Shown here: positions 1-12,147 of the stretch, in pieces
Numbering within the stretch: position 1 is the first letter of the stretch
Layout of the letters: every line of letters starts with the position of its first letter
Source of the DNA: Selaginella moellendorffii
Taxonomy: Eukaryota; Plantae; Lycopodiophyta
Assembly: GCF_000143415.4 (NCBI RefSeq)
Contig: NW_003314269.1
Span: 3,539,969 to 3,603,968 of the forward strand
Length of the DNA stretch: 64,000 nt
Reading direction: 5' to 3'
Position numbers and translations under genes: made by a program
The notes under the pieces: model-generated
What the model was told of the DNA's origin: nothing
The model's input: only the letters and a program-made list of their open reading frames with translations
Database searches by the model: none

Positions 1-1850
1 CTTTTGTTGTGATAGTAGTACTAAGGATGGCTAGGTGTGAAGGGGGGGGGGGGGGGGAGGGGGTTATAGGGGGTAGGTTAGGTATGGTCGACCAACTTGA
101 GACATAATCTAACTCTCATTGGGTACCTGTTCTTGTTTTACATCCGACTTGGGTCTAAACCCAAGATCCACACTATAACTAGTGGAGTACTTATATCCTT
201 GCGTTAGGCCACCAATATACTGAAATAACATCAAACTCTATTTAGCTCTATTTTGTATGTTAGTTCTAGCGTTGGGTTGTGTAACTTGGGTTATAATGCT
301 CAATTTTTTTCTAGGGAACTTTGTTAATTACTTCTTGAGTAGTTTGGGGGTTGATTAGTTTTAAGTTTGATCAGAAAGAAAGTGGCATGAGCTTATCTAT
401 GTTATGAACAAAGTTGGTGGTATTTGATATTATAAATCTTTATCGGTTTTGTGTAGCATTTATGTTGCATTTTGTCAAATAGAGTAAACATTTAATACTC
501 ACGTAAACTTTTGAAGTAGTAATGTGGGTTTATTCATGGTGTTACTCAATTGATGATTAGGTCATTATGATTTTTATATCATATCCATGTGATAGTGAAC
601 AATGTGTTTATGAAGTTGCTTGGTTGAATGATAATCAACCCCAAAGTGGTTAATACTGAAGCTAGTTCTACTTACATGTAATAGTATTGTAATAGTCTTG
701 ATTGGATTCTTAATGATGGTCCATTATGCTAAGTTTGAGTTGATACCTTGTTTCTTTGAAAGTTTGCCTATTAAAGTGTTGGAAAAGGGTTATAACATTC
801 ATTTGTTATGGTTTGTTGATTTATTTGTTAGCACTTGGAGTAGATTGTTGGATGGAGAAGGTGTGTAGTTAAGGCATTGATACTGCTAGCACTTATTTTA
901 GTGGAAATGGCATTGTTATTTCAAGTGATGAAGAATTTTCCTTAAGGCTTGATTTTCCATATCATTTTTGTTATTAGTGTTTTAGCTTTATACTAGATTT
1001 TGAAGGTGATTGAAGAAGAGTGTTAGTGCAATGTGAATATCTAAAGATATGGTCTTTGTGATTCAGTCTTAGATATTTATTTGCATTTTGCAAATGTTGG
1101 TGTTAGATGTAAAAAATATGGCCATGATGTTCAATGCTTATATATATTATTAGGTCATGAAAATTTATGTTGAACCTATATGAAATTGTAGGTAGGAGGA
1201 AGTTGGTTGAATCTTGAAAGTTTGTAATTCTAGACCGAGGGTCATTCTTTCTCTAGGATGGGAAATTTTTATAAATTTTCTTAGACTTTTTCAATGGCTA
1301 ATCTATTCATCATTTTACTCAGAAACCATTCCATTTTCATAAGTTAGTATAAACTAGTGAAGGGGTTGGAATTGACTTCACTTAGCTTAAACCTTAGTAT
1401 ATAGTTTGTATGATGCAATTTGAAAGGGATACTAACTTTTGGGGATAAGGCAATTGTGTTGGATAGAGTTTGGAGTTGGTGTATAAAAGTGGGTGTTGCA
1501 CTTTTCTAGAAAAGTGACTCTTGTACCTTTCTTATGTTAAGTGGTAGGTTGCACTTTGTATTTCATTAGACTTTATGAGAGTATTAAGCTCTCATTGATC
1601 TTGAGTTGGTCTTGGTAGCCTTGCACCTTAGCTAAGGATAGTGATATCCAACTTAGTTGTTTAATGAGGTGTTAATACCCCTATTATAGTTTTGTCTATG
1701 AGGGGGTTGTGTACCAATATGAATCCATCTTATAGTCTTCATTTTAGTTTCGACTAAGTGTTAATCACATATGCTCAGAGGTATTAACTAAATGCATTAA
1801 TGAGTTTATTTCGATTGAGTTGGATTCGAGTGGTCATTTAGTTTGTGCTT

Positions 1851-2384
1851 TGGAGAACTACAAAATCATCTCTACAATGATCTTGTGAATCCTCTCTAAT
1901 CTAAACTAAATCCAAACATAAAAAGGAAAGAAATACTTAGCCATGTGCTATTGCAAAGATGTTGATGTTGAGATTGATGCACATCTCACAGCTTTGATCC
2001 TCAGAAGGCAGTGAGTAAGATAGGTATGGAAGAGAAGAGTAAATGTTGAATAAGTGGAGTGTATGTTATTATGGCCAAATCAATACTAGAACAAAGCTAG
2101 ACGAAAGCAAGAGTGAATCACCACTCAAAACTCTTTAACAACAACCATGCTAACTAATGTCAAAGATACTTTATTCAGTATTCGAGATTAATCCTTCAAT
2201 AATACTGGATATAAAAAGATAAAAAGGGGGATTAGTCTGGCATGCTATCACCAACCTATATAACCACTACATGCCCAATCATCTAAGTCAGGAATTTAGA
2301 CTGGGAGAAATCCTAATCTCAATTTCTAACTTAGGAAATGCCTTTGTGCAAAAATCACGATGCAAAAATGCATGTACCTTTCTA
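1851..2384 (-). repeat. 3' LTR of the Gypsy element, with a ~134-bp insertion
   Basis: TGGAGAACTACAAAATC...CATGTACCTTTCTA aligns with 11742-12147 apart from the extra 2073-2206. A short purine tract (GGAGAG on the minus strand) is adjacent. Confidence 0.93.
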
Positions 2385-2389
2385 CTCTC

Positions 2390-4100
2390 CGATGACTAGA
2401 GTTGAGCAGCTCCTGTAGCTCAAGCTTCCATTGTGGTGGTAGTAGTAGTTGTGGTGTTAGCCTCTGGTTCTTCCTCATAGTCCTCGAGCTTGTCGCAAGT
2501 GTAGTTCTTTATGGCAGTCTTGAGCACTTGTAGTTGGGCCTTGAGCTCCATGTTCTCTTTGGTGAGGTGAGCATTCTTGAGTTGGTACTGCTACACTAAC
2601 TCAAAAGATTCTCGGTAGGTGTTTGGTGTCGGGAGTCCATGAGCCTGTATAGTGCGAAGGATTCCCTTTACCTGATCAAGTTCCTGAGCCATGCTCACCA
2701 TTTTCTCCTCGTGTGGGTGTGCAAAAACATTGTGAAAGAAGCTCTCCATGCCGTCTCGCATGTACACCGCCATGTTGGAGTTATGGTACTGCTCCGAGAA
2801 GTTTGTAGGCATGGGACGGATCACTTTCGGTTGCTGCTGCTCCTGATGATGATGCTCCTACTGCTCTGGATTGTAGTGCTGGCGCTTGTTGTTCACGCAC
2901 TCGTGATGAAATTGGCATTGCATTGTTGAACGAGGCGGCTGCATGTTGTCGGCAGTGGTGGCTGGAGCAAATGTCTGGTGCGGTTCAGCTGGCTGTTGTA
3001 GCTCAATTGGCTGCTGCAGCAAAGATGGCTGCTCCTCAGCAAGCTGGTGTGGTGGAGACGGCTGCTCAGCAGGCTGTGGCAGCGAATGTTGGTGCTGTTC
3101 GACGGGCTGCAACGGTAGAAGCTGCTGTTGAGGCTGGTGTTGCTCGGCAGTCTGCTCCTGTTGTGTGGGTGGTTCGTAAAAAGTGTTGTGCCCCTGCTCA
3201 ACGGATGGTGGATTTGTAACCATCTCAGGATTTTCAAGAATATCCTGCGTCAACGAAATGTGATCGTCCACTGGAATTGTTGTACTTGGAGACAGAGATG
3301 GTGCCGGTTCTTGCGGTGGTGATGGTGGCAAATCCGGTTGCGGTGTGCTAGGAGGCTGCAAGCTCTTCGTTGATGGCTGTGTAGGTGCCAAACTCTACTG
3401 CCATTTTTTTTTGGAGCTAGAGGTTCTCGTTGGTTGTTGTCGTTTCGGCACTTCGTGCTGGATTATTTGCACATCATTGTCGTCACTATCAATCTGTGGA
3501 GGCACAATGTTTCTTCGGCCTTGTCCCCGTGTCTTTCTTCGTGGAGTTGTTGCTGTCTTTCGCTAGACCTTTTCTTCTCGTGTCANNNNNNNNNNNNNNN
3601 NNNNNNNNNNNNNNNNNNNNNNNNNNNNNNNNNNNNNNNNNNNNNNNNNNNNNNNNNNNNNNNNNNNNNNNNNNNNNNNNNNNNNNNNNNNNNNNNNNNN
3701 NNNNNNNNNNNNNNNNNNNNNNNNNNNNNNNNNNNNNNNNNNNNNNNNNNNNNNNNNNNNNNNNNNNNNNNNNNNNNNNNNNNNNNNNNNNNNNNNNNNN
3801 NNNNNNNNNNNNNNNNNNNGAGAATTGCAAACTAAGTGCCGAATTGTAGCTCTCGGGATCTTTCATGATGTCATGACTTAAAGCCCGTGTGCGTGGAGCA
3901 GAGACTCATCTGGGAGATATAGAGCTGCTGCCACCTCTGAATCTTCAAGTTCAACCTGGCCAGTGGTGAGATCCATCAAGTGAGCCTTCTTGTTGCTCAC
4001 TTGATTTATGAGATATCCCGCCATTCATTCTGCAAAGTTGAAGAGGCCATGAGTGTGAGTCCAACGCTTGACATCGGCATTAAATTGCCACTTGAGATTT
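2390..4100 (-). pseudogene. Interrupted extra ORF downstream of pol (Pro/Gln-rich with a coiled-coil-like C-terminus), function unknown
   Basis: ORF-track pieces 3489-3866, 2858-3391 and 2591-2824 lie on the element's sense strand. The region is GC-richer and coding-like, and is broken by stops and an N gap. Confidence 0.5.
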
Positions 4101-4514
4101 TGTGAGAGGATGATAGTCTGTCTTGGGAGTTTGCTTGGTTCGCATTGTGTTGATTCTTTGGCGCTGTTGAGAATGCTCTTGTACTCGTGATGCAAATAGA
4201 AGAAAAGATATGAGCGCTCTTTCTATACTCATGATCACACTCTTCTTGCTTCTTTTGTGGGCACTCTCTTTTCTACTTGCTTTCTTCTTGTTTCTCTCAA
4301 TTGGTGTGTTTCTTAGAATTTGATGCACTCGTTTGAGATGGGTGAGGGCGCCTAGCTGACGACCACTCTCTAGTGCACTTGTGACCTCAAGATTTGCTTG
4401 CCACTCAAGCTTACCCTTGTGCTGTTCCAGCGCACACTTCCTCGCCATCAGAGTTAGGGCTAACTCTGTTCTATTGTTTCGTTCATATGATGTTCTTGCA
4501 TTTTCACTAAGTCT

Positions 4515-7500
4515 TTACTTGAGTAGAGTTGTTTGTAATTGTTGTGGACTTGTTTTGTGGACAACGTGAGTTTTTTTGGTTTCATTGGTAGTCAATTCCA
4601 GCATGGTGTGCTTGGCTTGCATATACGCTATACTTGGTTCTTGATATTTTCTCAATTTGTTGAGATTAACTATTTGAATTTCTTCATCATCAAGTGTTGC
4701 TAATTGAGCTGTGCCAGGTGTTTGCATATTTGTGATCTTGAATGGTCCTTCCCATTGATGTATCAATTTGCCTCCTATTTTGTTAACATTTCCTTTATAC
4801 CATAGAACAAAATTTCCAACTTCAAATCTATCAGTTTTCTTTTTAGTTTGTTTTCTATCGTGATAAGCTTTTCTCCTTGCTTGTATGGCTTCAATTGTCC
4901 ATAAAACATATAATCTTTCTTCATCTAACTTTTCTAGCATAGCCAATCTTTTCTTGATCAATTCTTCTTGATTAATTTGCAGTTGAATTGCCATTCTCAA
5001 GGATGGTACAGTATATTCTAATGGTGTCAAAGCTTCAAATCCATAAGCTAATTTGAATGGAGTTGAATTTGCTGAAACTTTATATGCTGTTCTATAAGCC
5101 CAAAGAGCATCATAAACTCTATTATCCCAATCTTTAAGATTGGTTTGCATTATTTTCTTCAGTATATTCTTGAGTGTTTTGTTTGTGGATTCGGCTTGGC
5201 CATTGCCTTGTGGATAATATGGTGTAGATTTCTTATGTTTGATGAAGAATTCGTTTAGTAAAATCTTGATTGTTTCGTTGAGGAAATATGTTTCTTTATC
5301 CGTTACTATTTTTCGAGGTAATCCATATCTTGTGATACTTGTTTCATAAAGAAACTTTGCTGTATTTTTTGCTATTGCTTTCTTGAGTGGTTGGGCTTTT
5401 GCCCATTTTGTCATATAATATGTTGCTACCAAAATATATTGATTTCCATTTCTGCTCTTTTGTATAGGTCCTACAAAATCTAGGCCCCATCTTTGGAAAG
5501 GTTCCATTGCTATAGTTGGATTCAATTCTTGTGTTTATTTCTTGGGTGGAAATTGTGTACACTAACAAATATCACAAGTTTGACAAAACTGTGAAGTGTC
5601 TTTCCATAATGTAGGCCACCATAAGCCTGCTTGCAATATTTTCCTTGCTGTAATTTCTTCTGCAAAATGCCCTCCAAAGCAACCAGCATGAGCCTCTTCT
5701 AGTAACTCGTGTATCTCTTCTTGTAAATGTACATATCTTCTTAATATATTATCATATCCAATTCTATAGAGTCTTCCTCCGATGATTGAGTATCGTCGTG
5801 TCCTCAAGACGAATTGTTTCTTCTGATCTTGCGTGGTACATGATGTGGGAAGTTTTGTAGTAGTTAAAGTATGAAAGATTTCTTGTAGTGTATCGTGGGT
5901 GGTAATGTTAAAAAGATGTGAATCAGGTAAGTCATCGTTGGGGTCTTGTATATTTTCTCCAGTTGTAATTTTGCTGAAATGATCAGCTTGTTCATGGTAT
6001 TTGCTAAGTTTGTGAACTATTTCGAAATTGAATTCTTGTAATAACAAGAACCATCTTGCTATTCGGCCACTTAGGATGGGTTTGTTAAGTAGATGAATCA
6101 ATGCTTGATGATCAACAAATATTTTGACTTTGCTGGAAAGTAAATAATGTCGGAATTTGGTCAAGGCATATATCATACCTAAGGCTTCATTTTTTGTAGT
6201 TGTATAATTCATTTCAGGTGGAGAAAGTCGTCAACTTGCATAATATATGGGATGATCACAATGATCATCTTTTCTTTGGCAAAAAATTGCTCCTAACGCA
6301 TAGTCAGAGGTATTAACTTGTACGAGAAATTCTTGAGTCTAGTTTGGTTGGACCAAAATTGATGCTTGTGTAAGTTTTTCTTTGAGTACCAAGAATGCGT
6401 GCTGACATTCTTGAGTCCAGTAATAGAATTTGTCTTTCTTAAGTAATTCAATTAATGGTATAGTGACTTTGGCATAGTCCTTGATAAATCTTCTATAGTA
6501 ACTCATCTTGCCTAGAAAACTATGCAAGCTTTTGAGATCATGAGGTGGTTGCATTTTCATAATGATGTTAGTTTTAGCTCTATCGATTTGAATGCCTTGA
6601 GTGGAAACAATGTGGCTAAGTAGTATGCCTGATTTAACAAAGAAAGTACATTTTTCAAGATTTAGAGCAACTTGGTTTTGTCTGCATTTGATAAAACATT
6701 TCTCGAGGTATTCAAGGTGTTTGTCTTTAGGTCCAAAAACACTAAAGTCATCCATAAAGACTCACATGAAATCTGTGAGATAATTTTGGAAAGTATTGGT
6801 AATAATCCGTTGAAATGTAAATAGGGCATTGGTTAATCCAAATGGCATTCGCATGTATGCGTATGCTCCTCATGGACTTATGAAAGTTGTTTTATGTTGA
6901 TCAGCTATATGTACTTGATTGTAGCTAGAAAAACCGTCAAGAAATAAGTACATCTCATGTCCGGCAATGGCATTAAGTATTTCATCTGAAAATGGGATGG
7001 GAAAGGCATCTTTCATAATAGTATCATTTAACTTCTTATAGTTCACACAGATGCGTAATTTCCCATTTTTCTTGGGTACAATGACTAAAAGTGATAGCCA
7101 TTGGGCATTTGTATTGGATATATAAATCATGCTTTAAGGAGCTTGTTGATTTCAACTTTTACTTTCTCAGCGAATGTTGGATTCATCCGGTAAATAGTTT
7201 GTTTAATGGGTCGAATTCCTAAAAGTAATTTGATTCGATGTGTACATAAATCAGGTGGTATACCCTTGAGGTCTTTATATGACCAAGCAAAGACATCCTT
7301 ATATTTAGTAAGGAGTGCAGTAGCATCAAGTTTAAAAGGTTTGTCGAGCTGTGTCTATTATAGAGACATCATGGATGATGCCCGCTAATCTAACAACTCT
7401 TTGATCAGCCATGCGTACATTGAATGGTGCAGTTTGTATATTGCTCAATCCTAAAGCTTTGCATAGTGCATATTCGATGATATTAACCCCAAAACCTCCA

Positions 7501-7570
7501 TCAAGGATAGCTCTTTCAATATGATTTTTGCCGATGTGTACATTGATACAAGGTACATTACCATCATAAT
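4515..7570 (-). pseudogene. pol: Gypsy pol (protease-RT-RNaseH-integrase), broken by stops and frameshifts
   Basis: Protease ILDGGFGVNI near 7500. RT VPKKNGKLRICV...FLDGFSSYNQV and MDDF (6339-7130). RNaseH NYTTT..EALGMIYALTKFRHYL and DHQAL. Integrase zinc finger AHAG..GGHF...CDIC, core WGLDFVGP and YYPQGNGQAESTNK, and a WEGPF (GPY/F) motif. Confidence 0.95.
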
Positions 7571-7730
7571 CACCAGGTTGGATTCTTTCAGCTTGTTCTT
7601 GTTATGTTGGCTGAGATTGGTGTTTTTCTTAGGTGCGAGCTTCAGGGATCCTTCGATTACATATCTTTAAGATTTGGTCTTTCATATATGGTGCTATTTG
7701 CAATATTTGTTGTAGGGCTAAAGTAATTCC

Positions 7731-9171
7731 CTAATGTAGTATGTGCTTGGCAATGGTTATATGCTCAAAGCTTAATACTTGAGTTTGGTCGTCTTGATTG
7801 TATATTTGATCATTAATAATTTCGGGATCTTTGTTTTGAAGCTCTTGTTGAATGGTGTTAAGTATTTTCTTCTTTTTCCGCTCGGTTTTCTTGATTTCTA
7901 ATGCGTGGTCACTTTCTTCTTGTTCTTCATAATTATCAAGTTGTTGACATTCATATTGTGTTCTTGTGATTGCCAAAACTTATGGTTCTTCAATCCTTAG
8001 TTGTTCTTCATCTTCTTCATCAACTTCTGCTTGAATTACTCGTGTTGCTAGTGGTCTTCCAGTAGGAGCTTGATTAACTCTTTGGTTTTGTGAATTGTAT
8101 TGTTGTCAAATTTGATTTTCTTGTGGTTGATTTTGTCTTGGTTGATAATTCTGTTGCGATGCTTGATTGTTGTAATTGTTATATTGCCTTTATTAGCTTT
8201 GGTTATATTTGTTCCCTTTTGGACGTTGATAATTGTTTTGGTGTCCATTGTATCGTTGTGGGTTGTAATTGCCTCTATAATCATTTTGTCCTTGACTATA
8301 GTTTTGATTTTGTGGGGAATTATATCCACAATTATATTCTGATTATATTGTTGATTATCTTGGTAATAATAGTTTCTTGGTGGTCTTTGTTTTTTGTTGT
8401 TGTTTCCTTGATAATTTTGTCATGATGGTCCTCATTGAACATTTTCCACTCTTGAAACTTCGGTGATNNNNNNNNNNNNNNNNNNNNNNNNNNNNNNNNN
8501 NNNNNNNNNNNNNNNNNNNNNNNNNNNNNNNNNNNNNNNNNNNNNNNNNNNNNNNNNNNNNNNNNNNGCTTTCTTTTTGGGTTTTGATTAGTATTTCTTC
8601 CTCTTCATCATCCGAGTCATCATTAGCATGAGAAGATTCACCTTTAAGTGAATTGCTTAAACTGTTTCTCAAGTTTTAAGATTCCTGGTGACAGTGAATC
8701 AACACTTTCTTCATCAGGTGTATCAGCCAATGCGATCATATTGCGATAAGCTTCTCGTAATCCTTGTATATAAGACAAACTCTTGCCTTTGTTGGTGATG
8801 AGATCTTTACATTTCTTTGCATATAATTTGAATTATCTAGTATAATCTTGAATTCCTTCCTTTGGTCGCTGTTTTATATTTTTAATTTGCTCATAATGCT
8901 CCTCCGGTGTTCCTCCGGCTAGGAATTGTTCCTTGAATTGTTCAAATTTCTTGTCATGTGGTACAGAATCCTCTAGTGTATGATACCACTCAAGAGCTTT
9001 TCCTTTAAGTGTGTATGGGAAAAGTATGGCTTGATGCTGTTCTTGATTGTTCATTTTGACAATCTGGTTGAATTGTTTTACATGTAATTCTGAATCTTCT
9101 AACTTACTTCCTGTGAAAATTGGATATGTAACCATGCTTCCAATTGTACTCATCGGATTGATGATTGCCAT
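7731..9171 (-). pseudogene. gag: Gypsy gag remnant
   Basis: YPIFTG...HVKQF...LFPYTLKGKALEWY...IKQRPKEGIQDY (retrotransposon gag motif, 8833-9171), followed by fragmented low-complexity coding sequence and an N gap. Confidence 0.8.
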
Positions 9172-10536
9172 AGGTGGTTGTAGACTTTGTTGGTTGAGTT
9201 GTTGTTCTGGTGAGTCTGGATTTGAGTAAAACTCCGGTGCTATGTATTCTTCTTCTTCAAATGCCTGAAACTTTGGGGCATCTTTGATATTCAGTTCTTT
9301 GTTATCTTTGATTGGGTTGCTCGACTTGGCAACTTGAATTTGTTTATCCTCTTTGTCATACTTGTTTAAAATTGTTTCTAAAATTTTTTGTTGTTGTTAT
9401 TCTAATTTCTCTTTTACTACCTCTTCCTTTTTCACTTCTCGATTCTTTTGTCGAAGATCTCTTTCCTAGATCTTGATTGAGTCTGGTTTCTGTTTGTACA
9501 TTCAGTTTGCTAAGTCTTCTCAACTTGAATATAAGTTTCCTGAATTTGTGTTTTGCCTAAGTGATCTTTTTTCAATTGTTGTTCTTCATAGATTGCAAAG
9601 TCAAGCTCTTGTGTCTTGAGTCTTCTGCAAGTTTGGTTTTGTTGTTTAAATCTGAAGTCAAGCTCTTGTGTCTTGAGTCTTCAATCGAGTTTTTCTTTCT
9701 CGATTCTTCCCGAGTTTCGTCTCGAGGTCACTTTCTTGAGTCTAGCTCAGGTAAGGTCTTGTATTTGAAAAATCTGATGGTGTAAGTAAGCACGATTTTG
9801 TTTGTAGGAAGGATGTATGTTTTGTCATAAATTGATTGATTTAGCTGTTCGCTAGTAAATTTAGTTACTACTCACCAACTTTGGGATCGAGCAGGTATGC
9901 AAACAAGTGCAATTCTTTCTAGTAGTCCAATCTTAAACAATTGTTTTAATCTCTTACAATATGTTGGTTGTTTTGGAATGTAAGCTCTCATTATGAGCTT
10001 TTGTGCTTCCCAGTCGTTGGTAAGATTTGAAGATGCTAAATACAGTAGTGGTTGTATTTTTAATGTCCTAATTCTTGTATGTTTCTTGTCTCAAGTGACG
10101 TCCACACGGCAAAGTATGAATTCTAACAGATTCTTATTGTTGTAAGCCTATGTGTGTGCAAATCTATCCAATGCACTTTTCTCTATGGTTGATTTCGTGA
10201 TGGTGCATTTCCCTGAGGCCGTTCTTGCCGGTCTTGTTCTACTTCCCTCTGTCATATAGCACGTTCTCTTCCACGATCAGAGTCAATCACTTCATGAACT
10301 TCCCAAGGTATAGTCTCAATTAATATTCTTGCATTATAAGTTTGTAATCTTGACACAGGATCTCCTAAAATACTCCTTAAAATGTTGAGACTCCTTGGAC
10401 GCACTCTCCCTTATTGGTTGCAAGTGATATGTATTTCTAAGCTGGGGTTTTGATGTTGGACCTAAGTGTCAAAGTTGAAATTTGTTACTGTATTTAATCT
10501 TGACCCATTGTGATTTCGTCTTAAATTTCTCCTCCT

Positions 10537-11040
10537 TCAATTCGTAATCCTTGAGCTTTCAAGATGTTCCCTTGAACTTGTCACAAGTTCAGGTTCCCGT
10601 CGGTTTCTTGAACTCAAATGCCCAATTTGAATTTGTTGATTGCCTTGTTCTTGATTTCTTAATTCTCTAGTTATTCTTGTCCGTCCTAAACGATACCAAT
10701 ATGCTATAGTGTATAGTTCATTAAGAGTGCTTGTTGGTAGCATTACACCCAGAGGACTTTGAAGAATTTGGTAAAGTAGTTTTGCATTCTCTTCAAAATC
10801 TCTAAATTTAAGTGTGTCAACAAACCAACGAACTTTTGGTTCAAAGGTTCCACACTCTGTTTCTACTAAAGCTCTCGTCAAATCAATGTTGAAAACAAAT
10901 GTTAATGGTTGAAAAGTTTCATGTTTATGTATGCCTAGGAATTTGATAATTGTTTGTTGAAAAATGTGTCCGCGATACACCCAAGTTAGGGTTCTTTGAG
11001 TTGCAAAGAAATCGAAGTAAATATGTTTTTCTTTCAACAT
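10537..11040 (-). CDS. Extra ORF (167 aa) upstream of gag, unknown function
   Basis: Open frame of ordinary protein composition on the element's sense strand in the ~2.5-kb leader. No motif recognised. Confidence 0.4.
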   Translation of the reverse strand: MLKEKHIYFDFFATQRTLTWVYRGHIFQQTIIKFLGIHKHETFQPLTFVFNIDLTRALVETECGTFEPKVRWFVDTLKFRDFEENAKLLYQILQSPLGVMLPTSTLNELYTIAYWYRLGRTRITRELRNQEQGNQQIQIGHLSSRNRREPELVTSSREHLESSRITN

Positions 11041-11720
11041 TTCTTCATTTTCGCATTTTTCCTATTTGCTAGACAATTTGTAAAAGAGTTGCAAAAGTGT
11101 TTCTTGAAGTTTTTGAAAGCAACCAAAGCTTTGTTTCTCTTCTTTTTCTAAATTATTGTTACTCTTTTCAGTGTCGTCTTCTTGGACTATTTCTTCTCGT
11201 TTTTTTCTCTCTTCTATTGTGCATTTCATNNNNNNNNNNNNNNNNNNNNNNNNNNNNNNNNNNNNNNNNNNNNNNNNNNNNNNNNNNNNNNNNNNNNNNN
11301 NNNNNNNNNNNNNNNNNNNNNNNNNNNNNNNNNNNNNNNNNNNTTTTCCACGACTTGGGTGGCTTCAATCTTCAAGTGTTCTACATATTTTCATGCTTGT
11401 TAACACTTGCTTGCTCTGATTTCTTGTCAGAGATTCTTTAAATATTCTGATGTGCAGAATATTCTTTGTCTTCAACCTCTCGCCAAGAGGCGGTTATGGA
11501 AGAAGCTTGGAGTTTCGGAGAAGTGGGCGATCACTAGATGATTGTAGTCTTTAAGCACTTGGTCTCTAGCATGATTGCCATGCTTCTTGCTATAGATTTT
11601 TATCGGTTTTCTTCTTTTTGTCTCTTTTTGACTTTTCCCTTGATTCTTAACTTTGGCTTCTTCTTTTAGTTGTGGCTAAGGCTTCCAGTATTTGTTCTTT
11701 GGGTACTCTTCACTTCGCCT

Positions 11721-11738
11721 ATCCCACCGTGGTCGCCA
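11721..11738 (-). promoter_or_regulatory. Primer-binding site complementary to the tRNA-Arg 3' end
   Basis: Minus strand TGGCGACCACGGTGGGAT, 3 nt inside the 5' LTR. It resembles the complement of plant tRNA-Arg ...TCCCACTGTGGTCGCCA (recalled from memory). Confidence 0.8.
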
Positions 11739-11741
11739 AAG

Positions 11742-12147
11742 TGGAGAACTACAAAATCACCTCTACAATGATCTTGTGAATCCTCTCTAATATAAATTAA
11801 ATCCAAACATAAAAAGGAAAGAAATACTTAGCCATGTGCTGTTACAAAGATGTTGATGCTGAGATTGATGCACATCTCACAGCCCTTATCCCCAAAAGGT
11901 AGTGAGTAAGATAGGTATAGAAGAGAAGAGTAAATGTTGAGCAAGTGGAGTGTATGTTATTATAGTTAAGGATATAAAAAGACAGAAAGGGGGATCAGTC
12001 TGGCATGTTATCACTAGCCTATATAAACACTACATGCCCAGTCATCCAAGTCAGGAATTTAGACTGAGAGAAATCCTAATCTCAATTCCTGACTCAGGAA
12101 ATGCCTTTGTGCAAAAATCACAATGCAAAAATGCATGTACCTTTTTA
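11742..12147 (-). repeat. 5' LTR of the Gypsy element
   Basis: Direct repeat of 1851-2384, with the PBS on its inner side and the TSD on its outer side. Confidence 0.93.

Larger units (their letters stand above)
1851..12147 (-). mobile_element. Full-length Ty3/Gypsy LTR retrotransposon (non-chromovirus type), decayed
   Basis: LTRs at 1851-2384 and 11742-12147. 5-bp TSD TGCTT at 1846-1850 and 12148-12152. The empty site is visible in the sister host copy near 33150-33190. Minus-strand order is gag-PR-RT-RH-INT. Confidence 0.95.

Noticed and set aside
3430-3866. ORFs spanning N runs (also 8468-8567, 11230-11343, 24830-25163)
   Set aside because: Artefacts of assembly gaps.
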